DNA from: a candidate division Kazan bacterium RIFCSPHIGHO2_01_FULL_44_14
GTDB taxonomy: Bacteria > Patescibacteriota > Kazan-3B-28
Length of the DNA stretch: 64,000 nt
Assembly (NCBI GenBank): GCA_001771185.1
Contig: METB01000001.1
Coordinates: 631,200 to 695,199 of the forward strand
Direction of reading: 5' to 3'
In this document: positions 10,562-19,606 of the stretch, piece by piece
Layout: the number at the start of each line of letters is the position of its first letter
How positions within the stretch are numbered: the stretch's first letter is position 1
The notes under the pieces: generated by a model
Told to the model about the DNA's origin: nothing
The model's database searches: none
Seen by the model: only the letters and a program-made list of their open reading frames with translations
Position numbers and translations under genes: made by a program

Positions 10562-11635
10562 ATGACTTGGTTATCAATCTTAGTGTTTATTTTTATATTT
10601 GGTCTGTTTGTGTTCGTGCACGAATTGGGTCATTTTTGGGCAGCAATTAAATCGGGGGTGAAAGTAGAGGAATTCGGGTTTGGTCTTCCGCCTCGGATTT
10701 GGGGAACAAAAAAGCACGGAGTAATTTATTCAATTAACTGGATTCCCTTTGGTGGATTTGTTCGAATTAAAGGTGAGGGAGTTGACGGTGGGCATGATCC
10801 TGATTCTCTAAAGAATAAATCATATGGAGTTCGGATTTTGGTGACAGTTGGTGGGGTATTGATGAATTTTCTCACGGCTTTTGGGCTGTTGATGTTTGGT
10901 TTTTGGTTGGGGATGCCACCAATTGTGTCTGATGCTAGTCGATATGCGATAGATAATTCTCAATTAGAGTCCCAGATTTTAATTGTGCATGTTGATCGGG
11001 GCACTCCGGCTGAATTGGCGGGGATAAAGGCCGGGGATATTGTGGTAACGGCGGATGGGATAGCGCTTAAAACCGTGCCAGAATTACAGCAAGCCATTGC
11101 CGGTAAACGCCAAGTGAATATGGTAGTCCGGCGCGATCAAGAACGATTAACTTTACCCGTAACAACCATTCGGGAGGAGAATCGGGAAGTAATCGGGGTA
11201 TTGGCGGATGAGTTGGTTTCAAAAGTGCACTACACTTGGTGGAAGGTACCTTATTTTGCGATTCTAGAGACCGGCCAGTTGATTAAAAATATCGCAATCG
11301 GAATTGTAGATTTTTTGGCAAGTTTAGTAAGCACTGGCAGTTTGCCGGATTCAGTGGCTGGACCAGTCGGAATCGCTAAAATCACGGCCCAGGCCGTGGC
11401 ATTAGGATTTTTATCAGTGTTGCAGTTCGCTATCTTTTTAAATGTTAATTTAGGATTAATTAACATTGTTCCATTTCCAGCCCTTGATGGTGGTCGGTTG
11501 TTATTTTTGTTAATCGAGATATCACGCGGTGGCAGACGGATCAAACCAGAAATCGAGAACGCAATTCATAGTTTTGGGTTTTTACTCCTGTTGGCCCTTA
11601 TCTTTGTAGTGACGTACCGTGATATCTTCAAGTAA
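10562..11635 (+). CDS. rseP: RseP-like M50 intramembrane metalloprotease with PDZ domain
   Basis: HELGH, NIVPFPALDGG; ATG at 10562. Confidence 0.93.
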   Translation: MTWLSILVFIFIFGLFVFVHELGHFWAAIKSGVKVEEFGFGLPPRIWGTKKHGVIYSINWIPFGGFVRIKGEGVDGGHDPDSLKNKSYGVRILVTVGGVLMNFLTAFGLLMFGFWLGMPPIVSDASRYAIDNSQLESQILIVHVDRGTPAELAGIKAGDIVVTADGIALKTVPELQQAIAGKRQVNMVVRRDQERLTLPVTTIREENREVIGVLADELVSKVHYTWWKVPYFAILETGQLIKNIAIGIVDFLASLVSTGSLPDSVAGPVGIAKITAQAVALGFLSVLQFAIFLNVNLGLINIVPFPALDGGRLLFLLIEISRGGRRIKPEIENAIHSFGFLLLLALIFVVTYRDIFK

Positions 11636-11760
11636 CCATCTCGAGAGGGCACCAGTGGGTTCCCTCTCGACGCCCGTCAGCAAAAGCTGAGTTTCACTTC
11701 GTTCAACCAAGCGGTCTGCTCTCCCTCCCTGTTTAGAATTTTGAAATTAAAAACTTATTT

Positions 11761-12570
11761 ATGAAATTGATGGATGGTAAACGAGTGGCTAGTGCTTGGA
11801 CTAAACGGTTGCAGGGGAAGTTCAAGCGGGTAGGCAAGTTGGTGGCTATTTTAGTGGGCGATAATCCCGCCTCATTGGTGTACTTGGAAAAGAAGGCACT
11901 AATGGCAAAAGAATTGGGAGTTCGGTTTGAGTTGTGTCAATTTAAGGCCAGCGTAAATCAGTCCATAGTCGAAAAGAAAATTGCTTTGTTAAATAATGAT
12001 AGGCAAGTGGCGGGAATCATTGTTCAGTTGCCACTGCCGACGAATTGGAATACGGCCAGAGTTATTAATGCGATTATTCCCAGTAAAGATGTTGATGGTT
12101 TAACGGATACTAATATTAGTAATGGTCAAGTATTGCCAGCTACAGCAGTGGGGATTTTGAAATTGTTAGAGGAATACAAAATTAAATTGCAAGGGAAAAA
12201 TATTGTGCTAGTTGGATTTACCCGATTATTAAACATTCCGTTAAGTATTTATTTGGCTAGTTTGAAAAATAATGTGACCGTGTTGCAAGAGGGTACGCGC
12301 AATAAATCAGTTTTGTGTGAGGCCGACATGATTATTACTGCTACAGGCAAGCCGAAATTAATTACCGGCAAAAATGTAAAACAGGGAGTAGTAATTATAG
12401 ACGCAGGTGTCAGTCGAGTTAATAAAAAGTTGGTCGGGGATGCGGATTTTGCTTCGGTTAGCAAGAAAGCCCGGCTGATTACACCGGTTCCGGGCGGGGT
12501 TGGGCCGATGACGGTAGTGGCACTATTTGCCAACTTGTATCAGGCGGTGGGAAGTCGCTCTGGGAGGTAA
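11761..12570 (+). CDS. folD: Methylenetetrahydrofolate dehydrogenase/cyclohydrolase
   Basis: GIIVQLPLP, KDVDG, TPVPGGVGPMT. Confidence 0.95.
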   Translation: MKLMDGKRVASAWTKRLQGKFKRVGKLVAILVGDNPASLVYLEKKALMAKELGVRFELCQFKASVNQSIVEKKIALLNNDRQVAGIIVQLPLPTNWNTARVINAIIPSKDVDGLTDTNISNGQVLPATAVGILKLLEEYKIKLQGKNIVLVGFTRLLNIPLSIYLASLKNNVTVLQEGTRNKSVLCEADMIITATGKPKLITGKNVKQGVVIIDAGVSRVNKKLVGDADFASVSKKARLITPVPGGVGPMTVVALFANLYQAVGSRSGR

Positions 12571-12584
12571 TTTTACACCGACTG

Positions 12585-12766
12585 CCCAGTAGAAGAAATT
12601 TGATTGCGCTTTGCGCCTTAATCTACGATATATCAAATTTTCTCTACTGGGTTGACCCCGTTTAAAATTGCCCACCGAAGTGTCTGTCATGTAAGACAAG
12701 GCAATAGTGCCATGCGCTCGTTAGTGATTCGAAAAAAGTCGCCGTGGTGGTGGATTTCTAACGGGG
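12585..12766. mobile_element. Two tandem MITE-like elements (CCCAGTAG..CTACTGGG and CCCCGTT..AACGGGG)
   Basis: Second element (12656-12766) has TTGA on both sides; the first is repeated at 16209-16278. Confidence 0.65.
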
Positions 12767-12794
12767 TTGACAGGGGGAATACTTAACGTATAAT
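12767..12794 (+). promoter_or_regulatory. Sigma70 promoter of greA
   Basis: TTGACA-16-TATAAT. Confidence 0.7.
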
Positions 12795-12840
12795 CAAAAC
12801 TATTCTTGGGTTGAATGATGATACCCAGGCGGTTATAACT

Positions 12841-13308
12841 ATGGGAGTGCAAGAATTGTATATCTCAAAGCAAGGGCTAGAAAAACTTAAACTTGAGCTG
12901 GAAGAACTAAAACAGCAACGGGTTGAAGTTACGGAAAAAATTAAAGATGCCCGTGAGTTTGGTGACTTGTCAGAAAACGCCGAATACCAAGAAGCCAAAA
13001 CCAAGCAATCCTTTATTGAAGGACGGATTGAGGAAATCGAATCCACATTAAAAATGGCGAAAGTAATTGATGCCAGAAATAACGCTAGCGGTGAAGTTGG
13101 GGTTGGTTCGACTGTGATAGTCGACGGCACTGGTCGGGAAGTGACTTATCAAATTGTTGGTTCCAATGAAGCCAGCCCGGAGGAAGGTAGAATTTCTAAT
13201 GAGTCCCCGCTAGGAGTTGCTCTTATGGGATGCCGGGCGGGAGATCGGGTAGTAGTGCCAATGGCGGATGGAGAGAAGAGAGAGTATTTGATTGTGAAGG
13301 TAAGTTAA
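12841..13308 (+). CDS. greA: Transcription elongation factor GreA
   Basis: GDLSENAEY, ISNESPLG; ATG at 12841. Confidence 0.97.
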   Translation: MGVQELYISKQGLEKLKLELEELKQQRVEVTEKIKDAREFGDLSENAEYQEAKTKQSFIEGRIEEIESTLKMAKVIDARNNASGEVGVGSTVIVDGTGREVTYQIVGSNEASPEEGRISNESPLGVALMGCRAGDRVVVPMADGEKREYLIVKVS

Positions 13309-13327
13309 TCAAGCAACGCGGTCTTTT

Positions 13328-13782
13328 TTGTCATTCTGAACGAAGTGAAGAATCTAGTCCCGGCAGGCCGGGACGTTTTCTTTCTGCCACCATCCCGGCT
13401 TGCCAGGACGGTGGCGCTAAAATGGTGCCCCACTCACAAATGGCTAGCCAATAGAGCAAAATCCTCCTTTCTGGATTTAACCACAAACTCCTCGGGCTAA
13501 AGCCCTCGTCAAACATGTTCATCCAGACCAGAGGATTTTGCTATTGGCGAACGCAATTTGCTCGATGGGTCCTAACAGAATTGATACCCCGAGGGACCGA
13601 GGGGATACCTTAATTTCTAATCCGCCGGCTGGCGGATTAATTTCGAATCAGATCTTTCTGCTCCGTCATCCCGAACTTGTTTCGGGATCCAGCAAAGAAA
13701 ACAAACAATCTGTTCTTGTCTAGATTCCGGGTCCCGCCTTCGTCCAGGGCTACGGAACGGGCAGGCAAGCCCGGAATGACAA
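13328..13782. repeat. Cluster of nested palindromic repeats
   Basis: GTCATTCTGAACGAAGTGAAGAATCT, CCCCGAGGGACCGAGGGG, CCGCC..GGCGG, GTCATCCCGAAC..CCGGAATGAC. Confidence 0.75.
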
Positions 13783-13868
13783 AAGAACTTTTCACCTATC
13801 ACTAGCCCTCTCTCGAGACCTGGTATAATCAAATAGTTGAGGATATATTTTCTAAATTCTTCTACGGG

Positions 13869-15341
13869 GTGGATTACAGTTTGGATCAAATTATTGCTGG
13901 GCGGTTAACAAAACTCAAAATCCTTCGTGAAAAAGGGATTGAGGCCTATCCGTCTGGGTCAAATCGGACAATGACTTTGGCTGAATTTTTGGATAAGTTT
14001 AATACTATAAAACGAGCCAAGAAGTCCGTCACATTGGCTGGTCGGTTGATGGCGTTCAGGGAATTTGGGGGATTAAGTTTTGGGGTATTGAAAGATGGCT
14101 CGAGCCAGTCGCAAATTTTATTTAAAAAAGATAATCTAGGAGAAAGGGCTTATGTTGACTTAAAACTTTTGGATATTGGCGATATCGTGCAAGTGAAAGG
14201 TCTGGCGATGTTGACTAAGAAAGGCGAGAAGACCCTACAAGTCAGCAAATTAACTTTATTGGCCAAATCACTTCGACCACTGCCGGAAAAATGGCACGGT
14301 TTGACCGACCAAGAGACCAGATTTCGTCAGAGATATTTGGATTTACTATTTAACCCGGAAGTTAAAGAGCGGTTTATTACTCGTCACAAGTTAGTGCAGG
14401 CGATTCGGCAATTTTTAGTTGAGCGGGAGTTTATCGAAGTCGATACTCCAGCGCTTCAACCAATGCCGGGTGGGGCTCTGGCTACGCCATTCAAGACCCA
14501 CTATAACGCGTTAAATTCAGATGTTTATCTTCGAATTGCCCCAGAGTTGTATTTGAAGCGGTTAATTGTCGGTGGGTTTGAGCGAGTATTTGAATTTGCT
14601 CGGGTGTTTCGGAATGAAGGGGTTTCAACTCAACATTTGCAGGATTTCACCATGCTGGAGTTTTACCAGGCATATGCGACTTATGAGGATTTAATGGAGA
14701 TGACAGAACAGATGTTTGGATTTGTGCTAAAGCAGGTCTTTGGGACTTTGAAAATAAAATATGGCGATAAAACGCTCGATTTTAAAGCGCCATGGCCAAG
14801 GAAGACCTTCCGCGATTTAATTAAACAATATGCTGGGATTGATGTGGATAAATTTGCGACCGTTGAAGAACTGCAAGCCGAAATTAAACGCAAGAAAATT
14901 AAATTAACTTATTCGGGCAAGGTTGGACGGGGAAAATTAATTGATGAACTTTATAAAGAAACGGCTCGGCCAAAATTAATCAATCCGATATTTTTAATTG
15001 ACCATCCACTGGATTTGTCGCCACTGGCTAAAATTAAACTAGGGGACTCGGACAAAGTAGAACGGTTCCAGTTGGTAGTGGCGGGGATGGAAATCGTGAA
15101 TGCATTTTCCGAGTTGAATGACCCGATTGATCAAAAGGAACGGTTCAAGGCGCAATCCAAGTTAAAGAAGGAAGGCGACGCTGAAGCCCATTCAATGGAC
15201 GAGGACTTCGTGAAGACCTTGGAATATGGTATGCCACCAACTGCCGGGTGGGGGATGGGAATTGATCGTCTGACGGCCGTTCTGACTGATACTGATTCGA
15301 TTCGGGAGGCCGTGTTATTCCCGTTTATCAAGAACAAGTAG
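13869..15341 (+). CDS. lysS: Lysine--tRNA ligase (class II)
   Basis: RQRYLDL, LRIAPELYLKRL, FRNEG, GIDRL. Confidence 0.97.
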   Translation: MDYSLDQIIAGRLTKLKILREKGIEAYPSGSNRTMTLAEFLDKFNTIKRAKKSVTLAGRLMAFREFGGLSFGVLKDGSSQSQILFKKDNLGERAYVDLKLLDIGDIVQVKGLAMLTKKGEKTLQVSKLTLLAKSLRPLPEKWHGLTDQETRFRQRYLDLLFNPEVKERFITRHKLVQAIRQFLVEREFIEVDTPALQPMPGGALATPFKTHYNALNSDVYLRIAPELYLKRLIVGGFERVFEFARVFRNEGVSTQHLQDFTMLEFYQAYATYEDLMEMTEQMFGFVLKQVFGTLKIKYGDKTLDFKAPWPRKTFRDLIKQYAGIDVDKFATVEELQAEIKRKKIKLTYSGKVGRGKLIDELYKETARPKLINPIFLIDHPLDLSPLAKIKLGDSDKVERFQLVVAGMEIVNAFSELNDPIDQKERFKAQSKLKKEGDAEAHSMDEDFVKTLEYGMPPTAGWGMGIDRLTAVLTDTDSIREAVLFPFIKNK

Positions 15342-15430
15342 GGTTTATTGATTTCACAGTACAAAAACTCTGGATAATATAATGAACGGCCGTTCATTAT
15401 ATTATCTGGATTGGTTGGTGATTTTATACA

Positions 15431-15462
15431 AAAAAAGAGGCCCGAAGGAAGGGGCCTCTTTA
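15431..15462. terminator. Bidirectional terminator between convergent genes
   Basis: AAAGAGGCCC..GGGCCTCTTT with a flanking A run. Confidence 0.65.
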
Positions 15463-15569
15463 ATTTCATAATGTTCACGTGTTTTACCACTCGTCAGTGA
15501 CCCCTATCATTCCCTGGGGGAGGGAGTTTTGGTAGAGAAGATGACGGGTGCGTGGGACGGATTGCATCG

Positions 15570-15878
15570 CTAGTCGATTAGATCTCCGATTCTTAAATCG
15601 GGGTCGTGGCTGATTGCCACGACATATTTTCCGATTTTTGGGTCCCATACGGCTACGACTCCGTATTTGTGTCCGACTTCGTGTGAGATGGCTACGGCTA
15701 CCGGCAACGATGCTGGTCCGTTGATACGGATTAATCTCCCACCTTTTAAGTCTAACGCGTGAATGGCGGTTACCGCATCGACGACGATTTCGCCGTTCGA
15801 GGCGGGTTCTCCAAAAGCCAGCTTAAGTAGTGAACTACCATCTTCTTCTTGCCCCAATGTCACTTTATAAGAATTCAT
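15570..15878 (-). CDS. csx3: Csx3 (Crn3)-like CRISPR-associated ring nuclease homolog, orphan
   Basis: 102 aa; RINGPASLPVAVAISH..AVWDPK..VVAISH..GD resembles the Csx3 family; SD GGAGG upstream. Confidence 0.7.
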   Translation of the reverse strand: MNSYKVTLGQEEDGSSLLKLAFGEPASNGEIVVDAVTAIHALDLKGGRLIRINGPASLPVAVAISHEVGHKYGVVAVWDPKIGKYVVAISHDPDLRIGDLID

Positions 15879-16208
15879 CCTGTAAAACCTCCTTACCTAA
15901 AAAGGTAAACCCCTAGACGAGGAAGACAAGGAGGTATACTATGTCAAACTGCAATGCTCCTAATGTACTCCTAAAAACTATTCTCGTCAATGGTTTTATC
16001 GCTCTGGGAGCGGATTATCAGATATGGGGATAGTTAAAAGTTAAAGGTGAAAAGTGAAAAGTTTAGGTACCTCTTCGATTCGCTTCACTCACTCAGAGAA
16101 TATTTAAAGATAACCTCTTCCCTGTCACAGACCCTACGAAGCTTTAGTGAAGTAGGGCTAACCCGCTAACCTGCTTCCCTGCTTACCCGCTTTTTCTTAC
16201 GGGGTTGA

Positions 16209-16278
16209 CCCAGCTAGAAGAAATTTCATTGCGCTCTGCGCTGATATCCTACGGATATATGAAATTTTCTCTACTGGG
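16209..16278. mobile_element. 70-bp MITE-like element with TTGA duplication
   Basis: CCCAG..CTGGG ends; TTGA at 16205-16208 and 16279-16282. Confidence 0.65.
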
Positions 16279-16365
16279 TTGACTTTGGCGAGTACTAGGT
16301 ATAACCTACCTGGGCTGGATTGTACTTTAAGAAGATTAGGTTTTTATCTATAGGAGGAGGGAACC

Positions 16366-16752
16366 ATGGGAAAAAGGAAAATAGTTGTCGTTGATGATGA
16401 AGAGTTTGTCAGGATGTCGGTATTCAGAAATTTGGAAGCCGAGTTTGATTCGGATATTGTCTTGGCGTTAGAGCCAAAAGGAAGTGCCAGACATACAGCA
16501 CTTTTGATTATCGATGAGGGCCCAGACGTAATCGTCATGGACCTTGGATTCAATCACCTATCATTTGATGGGGGGGATGTGATTCGAGCTCTTCGTGAAA
16601 ATGGATTTGCTGGTGAGATTATTCTGTTCTCGGGATTTATTCCGGAGGACAAGAAAACGTCCCTTGAGGCGTGCGAAGTTCTGGCTTATATCCAAAAGCC
16701 AAACCTCAATGTTCTCAAGGAGACGCTAAAAACAGCCCTTCGACTCGGCTAA
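16366..16752 (+). CDS. Stand-alone response regulator receiver protein
   Basis: VVDDEE, VMD, FSG, KP. Confidence 0.85.
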   Translation: MGKRKIVVVDDEEFVRMSVFRNLEAEFDSDIVLALEPKGSARHTALLIIDEGPDVIVMDLGFNHLSFDGGDVIRALRENGFAGEIILFSGFIPEDKKTSLEACEVLAYIQKPNLNVLKETLKTALRLG

Positions 16753-16971
16753 CGCCTCGCTCAGGGGATAAAAGAGAGAGGTAACGGCACTTGTTCTTTG
16801 TCCAATAGATAAATTAGGAGGTGGTGTCGCGATGCGGATGCGACTGATTAGGGCTGGGCCCAGATTTCCTTGGTGGCGGAGATGGTCGTGGACTTTTCTC
16901 CGCTATAAACTTGTAACTTTGTTTCGGCGTCGCCGTCGTATGATGATTCGTCGGATCGAACTTTAGGCCAG

Positions 16972-17940
16972 TTAGAAAGTGGTAACAGGCCGAATGACAT
17001 TGTAGGGAGTAGCAGATTGCTGCTCCCTTTTTTTTGGTTCAGACAATATAGACGAGGCAACTAAGTCGCGGATAAGAAATAGTCGGTCGTAGGCCTTTTT
17101 GGAATTTTCAATCATTTCTGGCGTCCATTCTTGACCGTTATTGTAGCGTTTATGGTTGCTTTCAGCTTGGTTGGACAGATAACTTATTTGTCGATCAAGT
17201 TGGTCGACAATTTCACTGGCCAACTCGGTCTCGAAGTTAAATTGACTAAAGGTGGATTTGATTGCGGGACGTAAGTTAACGTATTTTCTATCAACGTCAA
17301 ACCGTTTTTCGCATTGTTCGGCCATTAATTTTAATTGTTCCGGGTTTATACTGATGACTACTAATGGCATTTCTTTTGCTCCTATTGGACGTCCAGTACT
17401 GGGGTCGCGGTAAAAACGGATTTTATTCAGATGTCCATCATTAAGATTATGTTTGATTCTGTTGGTTTTTTTCCTCAATACATCATTGTCTTGACTGACG
17501 GTTGCATCAATGCCAAAAGGGATTTTTTGTCCGGTTTCAGTATCTTCAATGGTGACTACGATATCCGTCCCAGCGAAGATATCATCTGCTTGATCGGCTA
17601 GACCAACATGAATGTTATATCTTTCGTTGCTTGGTTTTAAGTATTTGAAATCTGAAATGCCCTCGACAATTAGTCGGGCAGCTAATTCAGGAGAATGACC
17701 GATGGCTGGTTCATAACTGATTTCGTCCAGTCGGTCCCAATATTCATCACGGAAAGATGCCAAGCACTTCTCGTCATATGGTCCACCTTGCTTTTTACCC
17801 CATCCACTATCAATAACGCGTCGGCTTTCGGTATTTTTAGTTACATCTAAAATGGCCATGTGAAACCGATATTCTGGTGTGTCAGGTCGATAGACCTCTC
17901 CCGAGCGTTGGTTGTAATTATGTTCAGGTGTGCCAAACAT
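16972..17940 (-). CDS. Hypothetical protein, possible PD-(D/E)XK-like acidic motif
   Basis: Long ORF with DDIFAGTDIVV..GIDAT; ATG at 17940 more likely than TTG at 17979. Confidence 0.6.
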   Translation of the reverse strand: MFGTPEHNYNQRSGEVYRPDTPEYRFHMAILDVTKNTESRRVIDSGWGKKQGGPYDEKCLASFRDEYWDRLDEISYEPAIGHSPELAARLIVEGISDFKYLKPSNERYNIHVGLADQADDIFAGTDIVVTIEDTETGQKIPFGIDATVSQDNDVLRKKTNRIKHNLNDGHLNKIRFYRDPSTGRPIGAKEMPLVVISINPEQLKLMAEQCEKRFDVDRKYVNLRPAIKSTFSQFNFETELASEIVDQLDRQISYLSNQAESNHKRYNNGQEWTPEMIENSKKAYDRLFLIRDLVASSILSEPKKREQQSATPYNVIRPVTTF

Positions 17941-18060
17941 TTTGGTTTTTGTTTTAACTTTCCTTTTATTATACCACAAAACTTCTGTTGTGTCAAATGG
18001 TAAGGAGTTACCCTTCGCCGGACGCTACGGGTGATCTGCGAGTGACGGTAAGGAGAATGT

Positions 18061-18212
18061 TATAATTAATAAATAACAAACAAAAAGTTAAATCACAAAT
18101 CTCAAACAACAAACAACAAACAAATTACAAATAATAATGACCGAAACAAGAACAGTTTAGAGCATTGGAATTTAGAATTTGTTTGAGATTTGGAGTTTGA
18201 TTATTGATTATT
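18061..18212. repeat. AT-rich heptamer inverted-arm element
   Basis: AAATAAC/AAACAAC-like left arm and GAATTT/GAGATTT-like right arm. Confidence 0.65.
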
Positions 18213-18268
18213 ACACGCGATGAATAAGCATAAATTACAAAATTGAGGAGTAAGAATCTTTATATCTG

Positions 18269-19606
18269 ATGGATTTAAAGCAATTAGAGGACAATCTGTA
18301 CACTTGGCAGTCAGCCCTGGAGAGACGAGGGGCGGAAGTGGATTTGAACAAAGTATTAGAGGCGCATAAGTGTTATCTTGAGTTATTGCAAAAGTCCGAG
18401 GAATTGAGAGCTAGACGCAACACGGCGGCTCGGGCCCAAGATATTGAAGCAGGTAAGCCCTACTCCGCTGAAGCTACGAAGGGTCTGCGACAGGCAAAGG
18501 GTTTATTGAAAGAAATGGAAGACGAGTTGGCTACAGCTAAAGCAGAGTTGGACGAATTAGTGGCCGGAATTCCCAATCTACCTAGTGGTGATATTCCTGA
18601 CGGAGGGGAAGAAAATAATAAGGTCTTGGGAGTGGTGGGGAAACCGCGAACCATCGATAATCCCAAAGACCACATTGAATTAGGTGAAGGCCTGGGGATT
18701 TTGGATATTGAGCGAGGGACCAAGGTCTCGGGCGCTCGGTTTTATTATTTGAAAAATCAGGCAGTCGAATTGGAATTTGCGATTGTTAGATGGTTGATGG
18801 ACTTATTGAAAGAGAAAGGATTTGAACTGCTGATAGGTCCAGAACTTTTAAATGAAAAGGCGATGTTGGCAGGCGGATATTTGGGTAAAGCTGTGGACGA
18901 AGTTTACAAAACTCAAGATGAATTATATTTGATTGGTACGGCCGAACAAAGTATTTTGGCTTATCATTTGGATGAAATTGTTCCCGTTCCCAAACGATAT
19001 GCTAGTTTTTCAACTTGCTTTCGGAGAGAAGCTGGTAGTTACGGAAAAGATGTGAAAGGAATTATTCGAACGCATCAGTTCGATAAAATCGAAATGTTTT
19101 CGTTTGTGGCGCCGAGTATGTCGGCTCGGGAACATGAATTTTTAGTATCAATTCAAGAAGAAATTTTGCAAGGACTGGAAATTCCATATCAGAAAGTGCT
19201 ACTGGCGGCGGGGGACTTGAGTATGGCTTCGGCCAAGACGATTGATTTGGAAAGTTGGTTGCCGTCACAGAATCGGCATCGGGAAACCCATAGTTGTAGT
19301 AATTGCACTGATTGGCAGGCGAGACGGGCGAAGATTCGTTACAGGGAGCAAGGTAGTCCCTCCCAACTACGCCAAGGCTTCGATGGGCAGGCGGTTCCTC
19401 GGGATAACATAAAAAATGACTTCCTGACGAATGGAGGGGGTACTACCGGTAACAAGCCAGAGTTGGTTCATACGCTAAACGGTACAGCGGTAGCGATTGG
19501 GCGTATACTTGTGGCTATACTGGAAAACCATCAACAGATAGATGGGAGCGTGATTGTCCCTAAAGTTCTGCATCCGTATTTGAGTTTTAAGGAAATTAGA
19601 CCATGA
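18269..19606 (+). CDS. serS: Serine--tRNA ligase with two in-frame palindromic insertions
   Basis: LIGTAE, CFRREAG, HQFDKIE, HTLNGT. Confidence 0.97.
   Translation: MDLKQLEDNLYTWQSALERRGAEVDLNKVLEAHKCYLELLQKSEELRARRNTAARAQDIEAGKPYSAEATKGLRQAKGLLKEMEDELATAKAELDELVAGIPNLPSGDIPDGGEENNKVLGVVGKPRTIDNPKDHIELGEGLGILDIERGTKVSGARFYYLKNQAVELEFAIVRWLMDLLKEKGFELLIGPELLNEKAMLAGGYLGKAVDEVYKTQDELYLIGTAEQSILAYHLDEIVPVPKRYASFSTCFRREAGSYGKDVKGIIRTHQFDKIEMFSFVAPSMSAREHEFLVSIQEEILQGLEIPYQKVLLAAGDLSMASAKTIDLESWLPSQNRHRETHSCSNCTDWQARRAKIRYREQGSPSQLRQGFDGQAVPRDNIKNDFLTNGGGTTGNKPELVHTLNGTAVAIGRILVAILENHQQIDGSVIVPKVLHPYLSFKEIRP

Noticed and set aside
13230-13889. Short ORFs over repeat clusters (also 23887-24126, 34772-35017, 46235-46525, 48974-49382, 63503-63685)
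   Set aside because: They are translations of palindromic repeats, for example CHSERSEES and RHPELVSGS.
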